Shown: positions 50,211 to 63,320 of the stretch, piece by piece
Numbering within the stretch: position 1 is the stretch's first letter
Layout of the letters: each line of letters opens with the position of its first letter
Assembly: GCF_018350175.1 (NCBI RefSeq)
Contig: NC_058368.1
Coordinates: forward strand, 46,316,001-46,380,000
From: Felis catus
Taxonomy: Eukaryota
Length of the DNA stretch: 64,000 bases
Direction of reading: 5' to 3'
The notes under the pieces: model-generated
Told to the model about the DNA's origin: nothing
The model's database searches: none
What the model saw: the letters and a program-made list of their open reading frames with translations, nothing else
Translations under genes and position numbers: made by a program

Positions 50211-53200
50211 CAGAAGGAGGAGAAGGAACTCATCATCAGGAATAATCATTGCAGGTTCTGTCATCTACTACATGACATTGATGTGACCAGGGCAGGAATC
50301 CTGATTCTCATATTTCATGCCACTGGAAAATTGATAAAATAGGAAAAAAAAATCTTGTGTTCTCTATCATTAGAGTTTCCTAAGATGATGATTGAGGAAC
50401 AAATTGGTTTCCAGAGCCAGACATGAAAAAACAGTTATGCTGAGTGAGGACATAACTGCATACTCTTCCCTATATCTGAACCCTGTGGCTTTTAAACCAA
50501 TTCCTCTTATATATGCACCCAATATTTTTCCCCAATAAAAGGAAAACCATGTGTGTCTTGTATGGAAGTCTTCCCGTGAAGACATACAAATTGCTCTTTC
50601 GTGACATAGGACACAGCTCACCAGTGGATATGAGTCAGCAAGGTAGGTTCTTAACAGAAAAGCAGGAGAATTGTCAGTAGGTTCAAAGTTGATAGACCTT
50701 TTTCGACCCTCCCTGAGTGACACAATTAGACAAGGCAAGAAGGAAATATTCCACCAAATTCATGATTTGATAATAAGGTTTATGAGATAGGACAAGTTTG
50801 GCTTTAATATTTTATTGAAAAATTAAATCTGGAAATGTGTTTTAATATTGCTATTTCTATTCTGGGCAGAGTGTATATTACTGTTCTGTAGCACTTCAAA
50901 TAACGGTTATCATACAGAATATTAGATATGTAAGCAGAGAGCAAAACAGTATTTACTACCCTGACATTGAAAAATAGACACCAGTAAAATAAACATCCAA
51001 ACTTAGCCAATATTTTTGCTCTCCTTCGCTTTTCCTCACTATTCACAGTGCTTAGACTTACTACACTTCCTCAAAAATATCCATATATAATATACATCAC
51101 GTAGGCAATAATATCTAGATGATGCCACAAAAATTTGATTCCCAAGACTACACATAATGTCTTATTGGAACTGTTTATCCAAATGAACGCATACAAAAAT
51201 TACTTACTTTCTTTAGGCTGATAAAATTGTAGGACATGATAAGCTTTTATTTTGCCTGGGGAGGGTTTTATTTTTCTCATCAAAACCAGAAAAAGTTTAT
51301 ATTATGTTAAGGTGCGCACATGTAAAGTAAGACACAAAGCGATACTCTGATTCATATGAGATGTCTTTTTAAAGTATATCATTTACTTTAACAATTTTTG
51401 TTTTCTTACCCCCAAAGTTTTCGAGTTAACTTCTATTATCATCTGAATGCCTCGAAACTTGATATAATTTAATATGCTAAGATGAATTTTCAAACAGCTT
51501 ACTATGTATAGACTGCTTTTAAAAATTCAAAACAGCCCCCATAAGCAAATGTCATTTCTTTCATAGTTACAAAATGCAAACTCCAAGTGTTTTATCCTAA
51601 TGAATAAATGAGTTTGTCCTTTATGTATAAAATATAGTTTGTGTTTGTTGCACAAGTTTTTAATAATAGATGAATTTTAGGTTTGCTCCAACATATTCAA
51701 TAAAGTGTGATTAATTTGGTTTTTCAAAAATGCAAACTAGACATTACTATATTACTTTGCAAAATGCACAGCTTGCAACATTATTGTCTCAGTGGGATCT
51801 TAAATTGAATTGTAAAATGTGTCTTATTTCCAGTTTGATTTATGTAAGAGATAGCAGTGGATAATGTCCCTTTTGAAGTTTCACTGCTTTGTGTGAACAA
51901 ACAATATAAACCTAAAATTCATAATACAGTTTATTAGAACCCAAAGCAAACTTTCGAGTTATATCATGTTTGACTGAAATGAAAACTTACGAGGGACTCA
52001 GAATACCACATTTCTAATGAAACAACTTCTTGAAGCTTCCTATTAGGACAGATTACACAATACATTTTTGACATTTTCTGTGATTTTTATTATGATATTT
52101 CAAGTAATTACCAAATCATGTTTTTCTCTAAAAAAGCTTTCCTGTGCCCTGAGAATTAATCTATGATACCATTTAACTTGGCTTTTTGAAGTAAATATCA
52201 CCAGATAAAAGCCAGCTGGTTCTGAATAATAGGATACTTGAATGAATGTATTAGTGTTTGAAAAAGAGAGTACAAATCTTCTAAAAAGATTAATTTCCAT
52301 AAAAAAGATAGCTCCCGGATCTACAAAAGAATAAATTCAAAAACATAATAAACTCTCAGAAAGAAAGGTAGATTAAAGTAAAAGCTGCAGCACCCTGTTA
52401 GTGCAGCTGTTGTGTGGCAATGATTCTGTATCAATTACATTTGGTTGGTCCTGTAGGGCTCTTCAAAGCTTTGTGTGGAAAGCCTGAATATGGGAAACAA
52501 GTGACACCGTAAGTAATAACTTCAGCGATTAATTTTGATGCAACACCCCTTTCATTCTGATCTTACTCTCAATATTTACAGTTGAGAGACGCTACAAAGG
52601 TTCTGATGGGAATATATGAATCCAGTATGGACGAGGTTGTTTTTTTTTTCTCCTTCATTTATTAAAGATGTGGATATGAATTTTTCTTTGTCATGAAAAT
52701 ATTGCAGCTTTATCACGCGACACAGCTGCTGACATCATCATGGAAAAACACCGAAGCTGGCCAATGGACTTCATTTTCAATATCCTGTTTCAAAACGTGG
52801 TCTCTAAGAAGGGCCATGAATTCTGTTCACGCGACTTCTCTATTTTCGTTTGTACAATTACTCTCAAAAACAAAGTTTGACCATGCATAAATTCCTCTGG
52901 CAGGTAAAATGCACTGTTCCATCCTGAATGATTCTTAGACTATTATTGTCTTTAAGAAAAAGATCAGAAGCAAATGTGGAGATAAATTAATTTCTAACTT
53001 AGATTGAAGCCTATAAAAATGTAAATCTGTTAAAAGAATTGGCATTAAAATGCTATATCAATATTAGATAATTTCATAAGAAATGCAAAATAATGACTAA
53101 AAAAGGGAAACTACTATCCCGTCAAAACAATAAGAAGAAAAACCAACTGAATAGCTAGTAAGACATTTTGTCAATTAGATTTTGAAATTAATCTTAATAT

Positions 53201-53887
53201 GCAGAGTAAAACTGCTAATTTCCCTTACTTCCCTCCAGTTTTTACATTTTTGACAGTACACTTTCAAAATCAGCCCGAAATGAAAAGCACCCTAGTAATT
53301 GTATATGTCCATTTAAACTGGGTGAGTTGTTTAAGTGTAGCGAGATGTTTAAATATGAAGTCAATGTCCATCATAATGAACACATAAAAGACATATTGCC
53401 ATTATCAGAAAAACAGCACCTCGTATGAAAGGCTACAATGTTTATCTGGAAAAGATTTTAAAGAGAAAGGTTGCTTTCTCTGCACTCCTATTAACTATTA
53501 AATGGTTATGACAATTTTTAACAGCAGCTCAAGAATTTCTTTATCATACTTCTTCAAGAAAGCTGCTTTTAGTTAAAACATAAAAATGGTAGTTACAAGG
53601 TTTCTGCAAACATAACTGCCATTCCATTAAGGAAATGGTGCGGCAAACAGTAAGTAGTGGCCTCAAGGGAAATGTAAGTATTGATTTTATTACTGTGTTG
53701 GTTGGTTTGTATTTGCAATTGTCAACTCTAATTTTGGACTATGTTTTAAGTATCTTTAAAACTGCTTAAGGAAAGGACAAATATTAATTGGGAAATATTG
53801 ATAATTATTATTCTTATGCTTGAAATATCGTAGGAGATTCTCTCTTAACAGCTTTTGATAGACTGTCTTTTAAAAATAGGAAACGTT

Positions 53888-54084
53888 GGGGCGCGTGGTG
53901 GCTTGGACAGTTAAGCGTCCGACTTCGGCTCAGGTAATGATCTTGTGGTTTGTGGGTTCGGGCCCTGCGCTGGGCTCTGTGCCGACAGCTCAGAGCCCGA
54001 AGCCTGCTTCAGATTCTGTATCTCCGTCTCTCTCTGCCCCTTTCCTGTTTGCTCTCTCAAAAATAAATAAACATTTAAAAACAT
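53888..54084 (+). mobile_element. Can-SINE
   Basis: ggggcgcgtggtggcttggacagttaagcgtccgacttcggctcagg head. TSD-like taaaaatagg(g)aaa(c/t)gt. Confidence 0.93.
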
Positions 54085-55580
54085 TAAAAATAGGGAAATG
54101 TAATTTTGTCACACGTAGTAAATGAACAACCAACTCATTTTCATTAAGTCAAATGATGCACTCATTCTGTATACTAGAAATCAGTATTTGACTCTAGGAA
54201 TAAAATCAATTACTATGAAAAGTATAAACATAGTTACATACTTCCTTAATTTAGTTTGGAAATTTAGCTTTGAAATTCATTGAGATGGAAGTTTTCATTC
54301 ACCTAAAAGACATAAAATAGCTATGAAACTAATTATAAGTCTAGAATTTTCATCATATTGAAATAAACTTCAACTCATAGTCTCATTAAATATAAATTGA
54401 TCATATACTAAAAAAAACCACAAAATTTGCCAACTTAATATAATTAATGTTTTATATTATCATCATCATTATCTTCATCATCATAGATTTCTTCTTTACA
54501 TTTCAGTAAATGACATTCACACATTTATGCTAAAGGTGTAATTAAGAACACAGATCATTTTCTTAAACCATGCCAGAGAGCATCTCTGTTTAATATGTAA
54601 ATTTTCAACTATACCTACGGGGCTGTAAATATAGTCAGTGTTAAACTTCTACAATTAACTAAAAGAAGTGTTTATGCTACACATAAATTTTAGAAATGTC
54701 CTCTGTGGAAATCTAAAGAGGTGCAAATTAATATTAAAAAAAAACATTATGGCTGTTCTTCAGATTAAAATACATAAAGTATTCTTGGGTTCACAAGCTA
54801 CACAGTACACTTTAAACATCTCATATCAAAAACAGAAAGAAAACCTTTTATAAACACACACGAAACTTTAATATCACTCAATGCCATATTCCTACATGAA
54901 TCTAGGAAGAGGGTCAAAGGAAAATGGTTCTCTTGTGTTTTAGCATTAAAGTCGTACCTGTGTTTTAAAATATTTAGAGAGGAGAAATGTCTTAATGAAG
55001 TTAAACCTTGCTTTGACTAGAGAGATGGGAATTCTTTGTGCATAATACATGTTCAATATGTGTTTGTTGGACTATATTTCTCAGTTCCAAATAATTAAAG
55101 TTTGATAGATAAATATAGAAACTGGCCTCATTGGTTGGGCTATAGACCTGAATCTTAGCTCCATCATTTGCTATACAGTTCAGAATAAAATTCATGACTA
55201 TGTGTTCATACTCTCTTTGGAATTCACCAGTCTACTGGTGAGACTACTCTCCCTAAATGCTACCTGAATGAGTGAGATGCATACAAAAATTTTACCAAAA
55301 ACATCTGACAGAACTAAACTTTTATTTACAAAAACAAGAAAAGATAAAGATAGAGATAAATAATAATCATTTAAAAATCAACAGAGACTTTGAAAATAAG
55401 TTTTCACTCATCTTCATTGTCAACCTTCCTGAGACTGTCATATTGATTCACAAGATTCTCATTTGAAACTTCTTCATTCTCCTCACTACCATCACTGACT
55501 ACAAGCATTTTTCATGAAAACTCTGGAGAAAACTTGTCGTAAATAGATCAAGGTTTCTGAACACAGGTTCTAAAAATCAA

Positions 55581-55799
55581 GGGCATCTGGATGACTCTTG
55601 TCTGACTCTTGGTTTTGCTCAGGTCATGATCTCACAGTTAATGAGTTCAAGCCCTTCTTCGGACTCGGTGCTAACAGAACCAGCATGGAGCCTGCTTGGG
55701 ATTCTCTGTCTCCCTCTCTCTCTGACCCTTCGCCACTCGCGCTCTGTCTCCCTCAAAAATAATGAAATAAACATCTTTAAAAAGCTTAAAAAGTAAAAA
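55581..55799 (+). mobile_element. Can-SINE (older)
   Basis: gctcaggtcatgatctcacag...ggagcctgcttgggattctctgtctccctc. TSD taaaaatcaag. Confidence 0.9.
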
Positions 55800-55841
55800 T
55801 AAAAATCAAGGGTCTTATTTGTAACATATAGCTTTATATGG

Positions 55842-56455
55842 CAGTGTTTCTCAAACACACTGGTTTCAGGATGTCTCTACACACATTGGTTCCATGTCAA
55901 TATTTACTATATTAGAAAAGAAAATTATGAATAAAAATATTTGTTAATTAAAAATAACTACAACCACGAATCCATCGCATATTAGCATAAGTACCATATT
56001 TTAATAAGAAATAAATATTTTCAAAAAAATACACACTTTACAAAATTCTTCAAGTGTGTCTTTTTTTTCACTGAACATTTATTTTTTATTTTTTTTCAAT
56101 ATATGAAATTTATTGTCAAATTGGTTTCCATACAACACCCAGTGCTCATCCCAAAAGGTGCCCTCCTCAATACCCATCACCCACCCTCCCCTCCCTCCCA
56201 CCCCCCATCAACCCTCAGTTTCCAAGTGTGGCTTAAGAAGTCATTTGGATTTCCATATCCACTTCTAACATTCAGTCTGTTGCAATGTCACAAAACATGT
56301 AGCCTTCAAAAGCTCCAGTACACTCATGAGAGAATGAGGTTTTTTAAAGGTAAATAAGGTCTCAGTATCATTATGCAAAATATTTTGACCTCTTGGACTC
56401 CCTGAAAGTATTTTGAGAGCCCTCCTTTCCATGGGTCCTGGGACCACACTGCTGC
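55842..56455 (-). mobile_element. Charlie1-like hAT DNA transposon relic interrupted by a young L1
   Basis: cagtgtttctcaaa end; cattcagtctgttgcaatgtcac...tacactcatgagagaatgag...ttttgacctc...gggtcctgggaccacact. Confidence 0.75.
56063..56222 (-). mobile_element. 5'-truncated L1_Fc-like 3' end
   Basis: Same 3' UTR as 3816-3991. TSD caagtgtg(t/g)ctt at 56051-56062 and 56223-56234. Confidence 0.9.
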
Positions 56456-56623
56456 TACATCTGATAACACTTTAGGACATTTTAGGACATCTGGGTATGT
56501 ACTACCTTAGTAAGTCAAATAATATCCTAATATGACTTCAGACCATAAGAACAAGATTAGAACACCCGCTTTAAAATTTCTTATAGAAAACTCATTACTT
56601 CCATGCCAACAACTGAATTTTTT

Positions 56624-56810
56624 AAGTGCTTATTCATTTTTGAGAGCGTGCAAGCAAGGTAGGCCCAGAAAGAGGGGGACAGAGGATCCAAAGTGGGCTC
56701 TGTACCTACAGCAGTGAGCCGGATGCGGGGCTCAAACTCACAAACCAATCATGACCTGAGCCGAAGTCAGACGCTCAACTCAGTCAACGCCTGAGTCACC
56801 CAGGCGCTCC
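56624..56810 (-). mobile_element. Can-SINE
   Basis: Reverse copy ending cacccaggcgctcc. TSD caactgaatttttt. Confidence 0.9.
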
Positions 56811-57701
56811 AGCAACTGAATTTTTTTTAAAGGTAGGAATAAGAAAGGGAACTCTTTTCCCTATACTTCATTTTACCTCACAAGGAATAACTAGTTAGTA
56901 TTCATTGTGAGGTGACAGAGCATGAAAGTTGGTAAAAGTTACAGGTGGCTTTAAATATCGCCTTTGTCATCCTGAGCATAGAGACTCATCCTGTACCTCA
57001 GACACTTCGTCTGAAAAGTGGGAGTAACACCTATTCAAGGGCAAGCACACAATTAAATGAGATGATGTACATGAAGCACAAAAATACATAGAACTAGGTA
57101 ATTAATAAAGAGAGCTATTATTATTAAGTAGAAATGTCAAGGTTGAGATCACAGGTGTTGAGGTCAGACAGAAATGATACAGGGACAAAATATTAAGGAA
57201 GCAGTGTGACCTCGGTCTGTCATGTGTAATGTACCAATAATGGAGGATAAGTACCAAATTAGCACTCTGAGTAGTTAATAAGCATAAACAAAGTACCTGT
57301 CATAAAACTGATATGAGGAAGAGGAGGAAGGGGAGGAGCCTGAAAATAAGGGACAATTATACCATGTCAATTTGGAGTTTATAAAATTGTAAAAAGGAAA
57401 GTATGGCCCTCCTTAAGAAATATTAGATCTAAAAGGAGCAGACTTCAAAACAAATAGAAAAATAGTGAATACACCATGAATATTAAAAGGGATTAAAATT
57501 TGAAACTAGAAAGTTCTAAAAATCCAAGTAGAACTTGACCATCTCAGTCTTACCAAGGAAAAATGCAGTATCGCTCCAAGGGGTTCCTTAAGTTCCTTAA
57601 AGGTAAAGTCTCCACTTTAAGTCTCTGCATTGCCTAGGCTTGCCAGGTACAGGGGCCAGAACAGCCATTCAGTGAACTGGCATTCAGAATGAAGGCCATG
57701 A

Positions 57702-57921
57702 GGGGCACCTAGGTAGTTCAGTCAGTTAAGCCCTCTGACTTCGTGGGTTCAAGCCCCGTGTCGGGCTCTGTGCTGACAGCTCAGAGCCTGGAGCCTGCTT
57801 CACATTCTGTTCCTCCCTCTCTCTCTGCCCCTGCCCCACTTGTTCTCTCTCTCCCTCTGTCTCTCTCTCTGTCTCTCTCTGTCTCAAAAATAAATACACA
57901 TTTTAAAAAAATAAAAGAAAA
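57702..57921 (+). mobile_element. Can-SINE with an internal deletion
   Basis: ggggcacctaggtagttcagtcagttaag head, long CT tract. TSD agaatgaaggc..tga. Confidence 0.93.
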
Positions 57922-58111
57922 AGAATGAAGGCAGTGAATTATAACTAACATTTGCATGATGCTTTGAAGTTTAGGAACCATCAATAGAATTTAGCAACAA
58001 ATGAATTGCTTGGGAGCTAGCCACCTGAGAGTTCAGAGTTTCAGTAACAATAGTGCAAAATAGTAATGAATAAGAACAAATCACCATAGAATGATAGGAA
58101 AAATTAGCAGG

Positions 58112-58402
58112 TATTTTATTTTTAAAGAGTTTTATTTATTTAAGTATAGTTGATATCCAATGTTACATTAGTGTCAAGGGTATTCCATAATGATTCGACA
58201 ACTCTATGCATTATGTTAAACTCACCACAACTGTAGCTGCCACCTGTCACCAGACAAGACTGTTGCAGTACCACTGACTCTATTCCCATGCTAGACCTTC
58301 GTCCCCATGACTTTTCATTCCATAACGGGAAGCCTGTTCCTCCCATTCCCCCACCCCTATGGCAACAGTCAGTTTGTTCTCCATATTTACAGATCTGTTT
58401 CT
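58112..58402 (-). mobile_element. Carnivore L1 3' end (L1_Carn-like)
   Basis: Reverse-complement similarity to 30162-30370 (gtatagttga...gtagctgccacctgtcacca...ctattcccatgct). Confidence 0.85.
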
Positions 58403-59349
58403 AGCAGAGGATCTAAATATAATGTTGGATTGACAAAAGTCAGGAATTAAGTTGAGACAATATAAAAAATTATTCTTATTTTTAAATTAGCAATTAACAA
58501 AGGAGAGGAATACCCTTTTATTAAAGATAGTATGAAGGTTCAAACCAATCTTTTGTGACCAATCTTTTGTGACTACTCGTTTTAGAATTCAGAGGTATTA
58601 AAATACTCTGAAAATGTTTCTCGAATTGTCTAAATTCTACAAAATTAGTGAGACCTTTTATATTCTAATATTTTAAGATCATCTGAAAGCTTTTATAAAC
58701 AACTGATGTAAATTATCTATTATATCAATGATTGAAAAAATAGACACCAATTCACTTCCAGACGACTTGGCTAATATGTTTTAATTGGCAAACGAAAGCC
58801 ACACATTCCAGGTAATCAATAATATTCCCAGTGGCATTTTTATTTCTATCAAAATTTCATTTCTAGGTTCCCAGATGCATTCAAAGCAAGCATGAAAATT
58901 TAATTTTTAGACTGCAAAATGTCAAATGAATGTTATCCATTTTAAAATTCAAGAAAGTGCTGTTGAGAGGGAATATATAGAAGAAAAAGAAAATAGCAGG
59001 ATTATGTATGCTTTCAGCCAAAAGTATTCATAATCCTTAACTTAAGAGATTTTAAAGGTCAATAATAATGGAACATTCCCATTTTTCATCACCGTTTCCC
59101 ATGGTAAAATAAGTAAAATATCTTGAATAACTATTACTAACTATGGAAAAGAATCAGTTTGAGTTCACATTAAATTTGATTAATGCATATGCTTTTTGAA
59201 AAAATAAAATCCAAATGTTCCTAAGAAAAATAGCGTCTTGAAAACTTCATTTAGTTACTTGAATACTTTAAGTATAGGTCAATAATATAATTTCCAATTA
59301 AAAACCTATTCGGCCATTAAAAACAAAAACTTAATAAAATATAATAACT

Positions 59350-59865
59350 TAAATTTGACTATTTTCAATATCTCATACACATGGAATGATGTAGTACAGT
59401 ATTTGTCTTTCTGATCTGGCTTATTTCACTTAGCTAGGGTGAGGAGGAAATAAGGAGTTGCTAATCAATGGGCATAAAGTTTTAGTTAAGCAAGATGAAT
59501 AAGGCCGAGAGATCTCCTGTACAAAATTGTACCTACACTCAACAATACTGTATTGTACATTTAAAAATTAAACAGGGTAGGGGCGCCTGGGTGGCGCAGT
59601 CGGTTAAGCGTCCGACTTCAGCCAGGTCACGATCTCGCGGTCCGTGAGTTCGAGCCCCGCGTCAGGCTCTGGGCTGATGGCTCGGAGCATGGAGCCTGTT
59701 TCCGACTCTGTGTCTCCCTCTCTCTCTGCCCCTCCCCCGTTCATGCTCTGTCTCTCTCTCTCCCAAAGATAAAAAAATAAAAAATTAAAAAATTAAAAAA
59801 ATAAAAATAAAAATTAAACAGGGTAAATCTGATGTTAAGTGGCTTCACCAAATTAAAATAAAATT
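59350..59865 (+). mobile_element. L1MA9-like 3' end with an inverted 5' segment, interrupted by a SINE
   Basis: About 59350-59433 is reverse L1 (agtatttgtctttctgatctggcttatttcacttagc); from about 59434 it is forward L1 (gagttgctaatcaatggg...tgttaagtg). Confidence 0.75.
59580..59807 (+). mobile_element. Young felid Can-SINE (SINEC_Fc-like)
   Basis: CpG intact. Perfect 18-bp TSD taaaaattaaacagggta (59562-59579 and 59808-59825). Confidence 0.97.
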
Positions 59866-60687
59866 GTTTTTACAAAGACAATAATATGAAACAATATAAC
59901 TATAACTTTTCATAACTCTCTTGGAACGCTAAATGAAATCCAACTGATAAAGCATAAATAGTAAATATATTTTAAAATGCCATGGGTTATATAATAAATA
60001 ATCTTCTTGACTGTGAATAGCACGAATAAGGAAATTTGGGGTAAGTTTTGCGTTCCTACCTGTCAATATATTACTGTGGTAATTTGAAAATACAAAATAG
60101 TTTATTAAAAATATCTATTCTATGTAAAATACCCGGGACTATATCATTGAGTCTTATTGTTTTAAAGAAAGTTATTTAATTTACTAAATATTCTTTCTCA
60201 AAATGAATTTTTATAATTGAATGCTCAGAGATTTAGAGATACATAAAATAGCTACCTACTAAGGAAACACCATTTTGTTTTTATAGATATTTTATTACAT
60301 CAATGGAAATTTCTCTATATCCTTCTATGACTAAACTCATAAGCTATAACATAAAAATTACTATCAACAATGTAGGCCAGCCATAAAATTCAATTAAAAA
60401 TCCCTACATTTTAAGCAGTTATAGTAGCATAATGTGTAAACATGAGCTGAAGTGATGTGTAGCTCCTAGAGCATGTCACATTTAGAGAATAAATGTTTTA
60501 ACCGTTTCATCATTTTTCTCAGTGCAAAGAATCTTGAAGCCCTCTCTCTTAATCCTTAATCTCACTGGAAAAGTAGTGCTTTTGTGAGAGAACAACCGAC
60601 CTGCTCATAATTTTTGTCTCAGTTAAATTTGTTTAGCAGTATTGTTTTTAATATATTTATGTACTCCCAAACACATTCCTTGTTAAG

Positions 60688-61550
60688 TCATTCTTTCAAC
60701 AAATATTGGTTGCAGGCACTGTTCTAGACACAGAGATTAGCAATGAGCAAATTGGACAACAAAGTCCCAGGCCCTAGGGGGCTGACAACCTAATAATCAT
60801 ATGCTCAGTAAATTACATGATACATCAGATTGTGATACGTGCCATGGAGAAAAACAAAGCAGGAAAGAGGTTAGGAAGTGTTTATATGTTGAGGGGGTAC
60901 GGTGCAATTTAAAATCGGGTTGTTGGTCAAAGCCTTAAAAAGAAGGTAACATTTGAAGGAGATAAGAAAACAAGATCTATGGATCTCCAGAAGAAGAGGA
61001 TTCCAAGAAGAGGGAAGAGCAATGCACAGATCCTGAGGCAGAAGTGTTCCTGCAACATCTCAGAAATAGCAAGAGGGCCAGAGCGGCTAAGGACAAGTGA
61101 GTGAAAGTGAGCACGGGAGGGAAGGCAGTCAGAGCGGAGAAGCCAGGACCCCATCACGCAGGATTATAAATTATCAAAAGATCTTTTATTATTTTACTCT
61201 ACATGACATAGGAAGAATTGGGATGGTATACACAGAGAAGTGATCTGGTCTGAGATAGCTGCTCACAGGACCACCTTGACAGCTGTAAGGGAGTAGGCAG
61301 GAAGCAAGAAATCAAGTTAGAACACCTTCACAATGATCCAGGTGCTGGGTGATAAAGGGGTTAGAGGTGGGTGTATCTGTGGACACATCAGATGCAGGTA
61401 GAAGAGAGGGAACAGCTGGCAAGGGCTGAAGGTCTGGGGCATGAGCAAGGAAGTGTGAAATGGGAGTTACTAATAATAGAGATGAGAAGACTGAAGAATG
61501 AGTAGGTTTGGAATAAGATCATCAGTTAGAGACTTTAAATTTGAGATGTC
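60688..61550 (-). mobile_element. L2 (L2a-like) long fragment
   Basis: tcattctttcaacaaatatt...aggcactgttctag...gtgccatggagaaaaacaaagcagg...aaatttgagatgtc. Confidence 0.8.
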
Positions 61551-61686
61551 CAAAACTGAGCTCCTGTTCATATTACAAGTTTGAGAAGTAGAGTCCATGG
61601 GAAGACATACTGACCCTGAAATATGTTTCCTTTAACAGAGTAACCAAATGACTAATGAGTGGATGGTCTCAAAATACACACTTCCT

Positions 61687-61907
61687 GGGGCGCCTGGGTG
61701 GCGCAGTTGGTTAAGCGTCCGACTTCAGCCAGGTCACGATCTCGCAGTCCGGGAGTTCGAGCCCCGCGTCAGGCTCTGGGCTGATGGCTCAGAGCCTGGA
61801 GCCTGTTTCCGATTCTGTGTCTCCCTCTCTCTCTGCCCCTCTCCCGTTCATGCTCTGTCTCTCTCTGTCCCAAAAATAAATAAACGTTGAAAAAAAATTT
61901 TTTTTAA
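61687..61907 (+). mobile_element. Young felid Can-SINE (SINEC_Fc-like)
   Basis: Perfect 16-bp TSD aaaatacacacttcct (61671-61686 and 61908-61923). Confidence 0.97.
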
Positions 61908-63084
61908 AAAATACACACTTCCTTCATACCTTGTTGTTTACATTTTCATTGGAAACAGTCTATCTTAAAAGTATAAAACAGTTTAATTAATATTTCTGTA
62001 TTTTCAGGATTCTCACTAACTCATTTATTAATTTAATTCATTTACTGAGCAGCCACTGAATGCGATTCACTGCTCCAAATACTACTGGGGACTACAGAAG
62101 GGATTCGGTCTGCCCTTGAGGTGTTCACAGATGACCAAGAAAGGAAAAAGATATTTTGGTGTTTATACATTTTGAGGATTTGGGAAGCAAAGTGGAAATG
62201 TAGGGCTTATATGCACTGTATTCATGTATATGGCACTGTGGTTGTTATAATCGTACTAGAAATATATGTGACTTTTAGAAAGCACACAAAGATGAAATAA
62301 GGAAAACTATTTACTGTTTTATAAAAATAAAGACAATGGCATGGAAAAGCTCAGAGAATTAAATTATCTCATTATGTTGTATTAGAGACGCATCTCCATT
62401 TACTAGGTTACAGATATGAACAAAGCACTGTAGGTCAAGCGCATGCTCACTCAAGTGGGGAAGGTCTGCATAGAAAAGGAAACATTGGAAATGTAGATTA
62501 ATGAAGGAAAATGACATTTTTGGCAGAGGCAACAACAGCAAGTTTGAATTTATAGAAGTGTGCATGCTTTTTGGGGCACATACTTTTTGGGGCACACACA
62601 CACAGCTTTTTGGGGCAAATACTTACAGCCAGTGCTTTTAAGGAAAAGTTGGGGGACTGAGAGCGGGGCATAAAAGGAGAGTCCAACACATTGCATTTAA
62701 ATGTAATATTCATTCTCAATTCCAGAAGATTTAAAATTAAATCTAAATCAAGCTTAAAGAAAATGCCACTCAAATAAACCAGCCATCTCAAATTTATTTA
62801 TTGGTTTACTCCTCAAATTAGTATAGTAAGGTATCATTTTTGTGAGTTAGCATTAATTGAGGGTCCTTCTAACCTAAAATCTACTGCACTTGTTTGAGGT
62901 GTTATTTTCTTTTATGAAAAGAAACCATATGTGTTTGTATGCTAATGTGTGACAACCTACTATTTGGCCCATGGGTTTAAATATTTTCTCAGTAAAGACA
63001 AAAATCATTGGAAAAGCCCGCTACCAGCATCACTTCACCTCCTTCATTGTGATTTCACTGCCAGGCTCTTAACAGTTCACCCTG

Positions 63085-63320
63085 CGGTTTGGGCTACAGA
63101 CTTCGGCATCTGAACAGGATTCAGATCCTAGTTCAGCCATGTCAAAGTGCATGATCTTAGGGAAATGTTTGTCCCAGTTTCCTCCTAAATCAGGAGAAAA
63201 TCATCATTGTCCCTGCCTCCTTATTGCATTGTTATATTGAATGCCTTCACACATGTAATGCACACTGGCTTGTCCATGCATATAGTAAGTGCCCAGTAAA
63301 TTGTAGGCACTATTATTAAC
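63085..63320 (+). mobile_element. MIR
   Basis: ggattcagatcctagttcagcca...tgatcttaggga...cagtttcctc...catatagtaagtgcccagtaaat...tattatt. Confidence 0.75.

Noticed and set aside
58544..58573. Short exact tandem duplications (accaatcttttgtg twice; also tttaggacat near 56471 and acctgcct..atacacatatta near 40646-40706)
   Set aside because: Ordinary slippage duplications at the frequency expected in mammalian introns.
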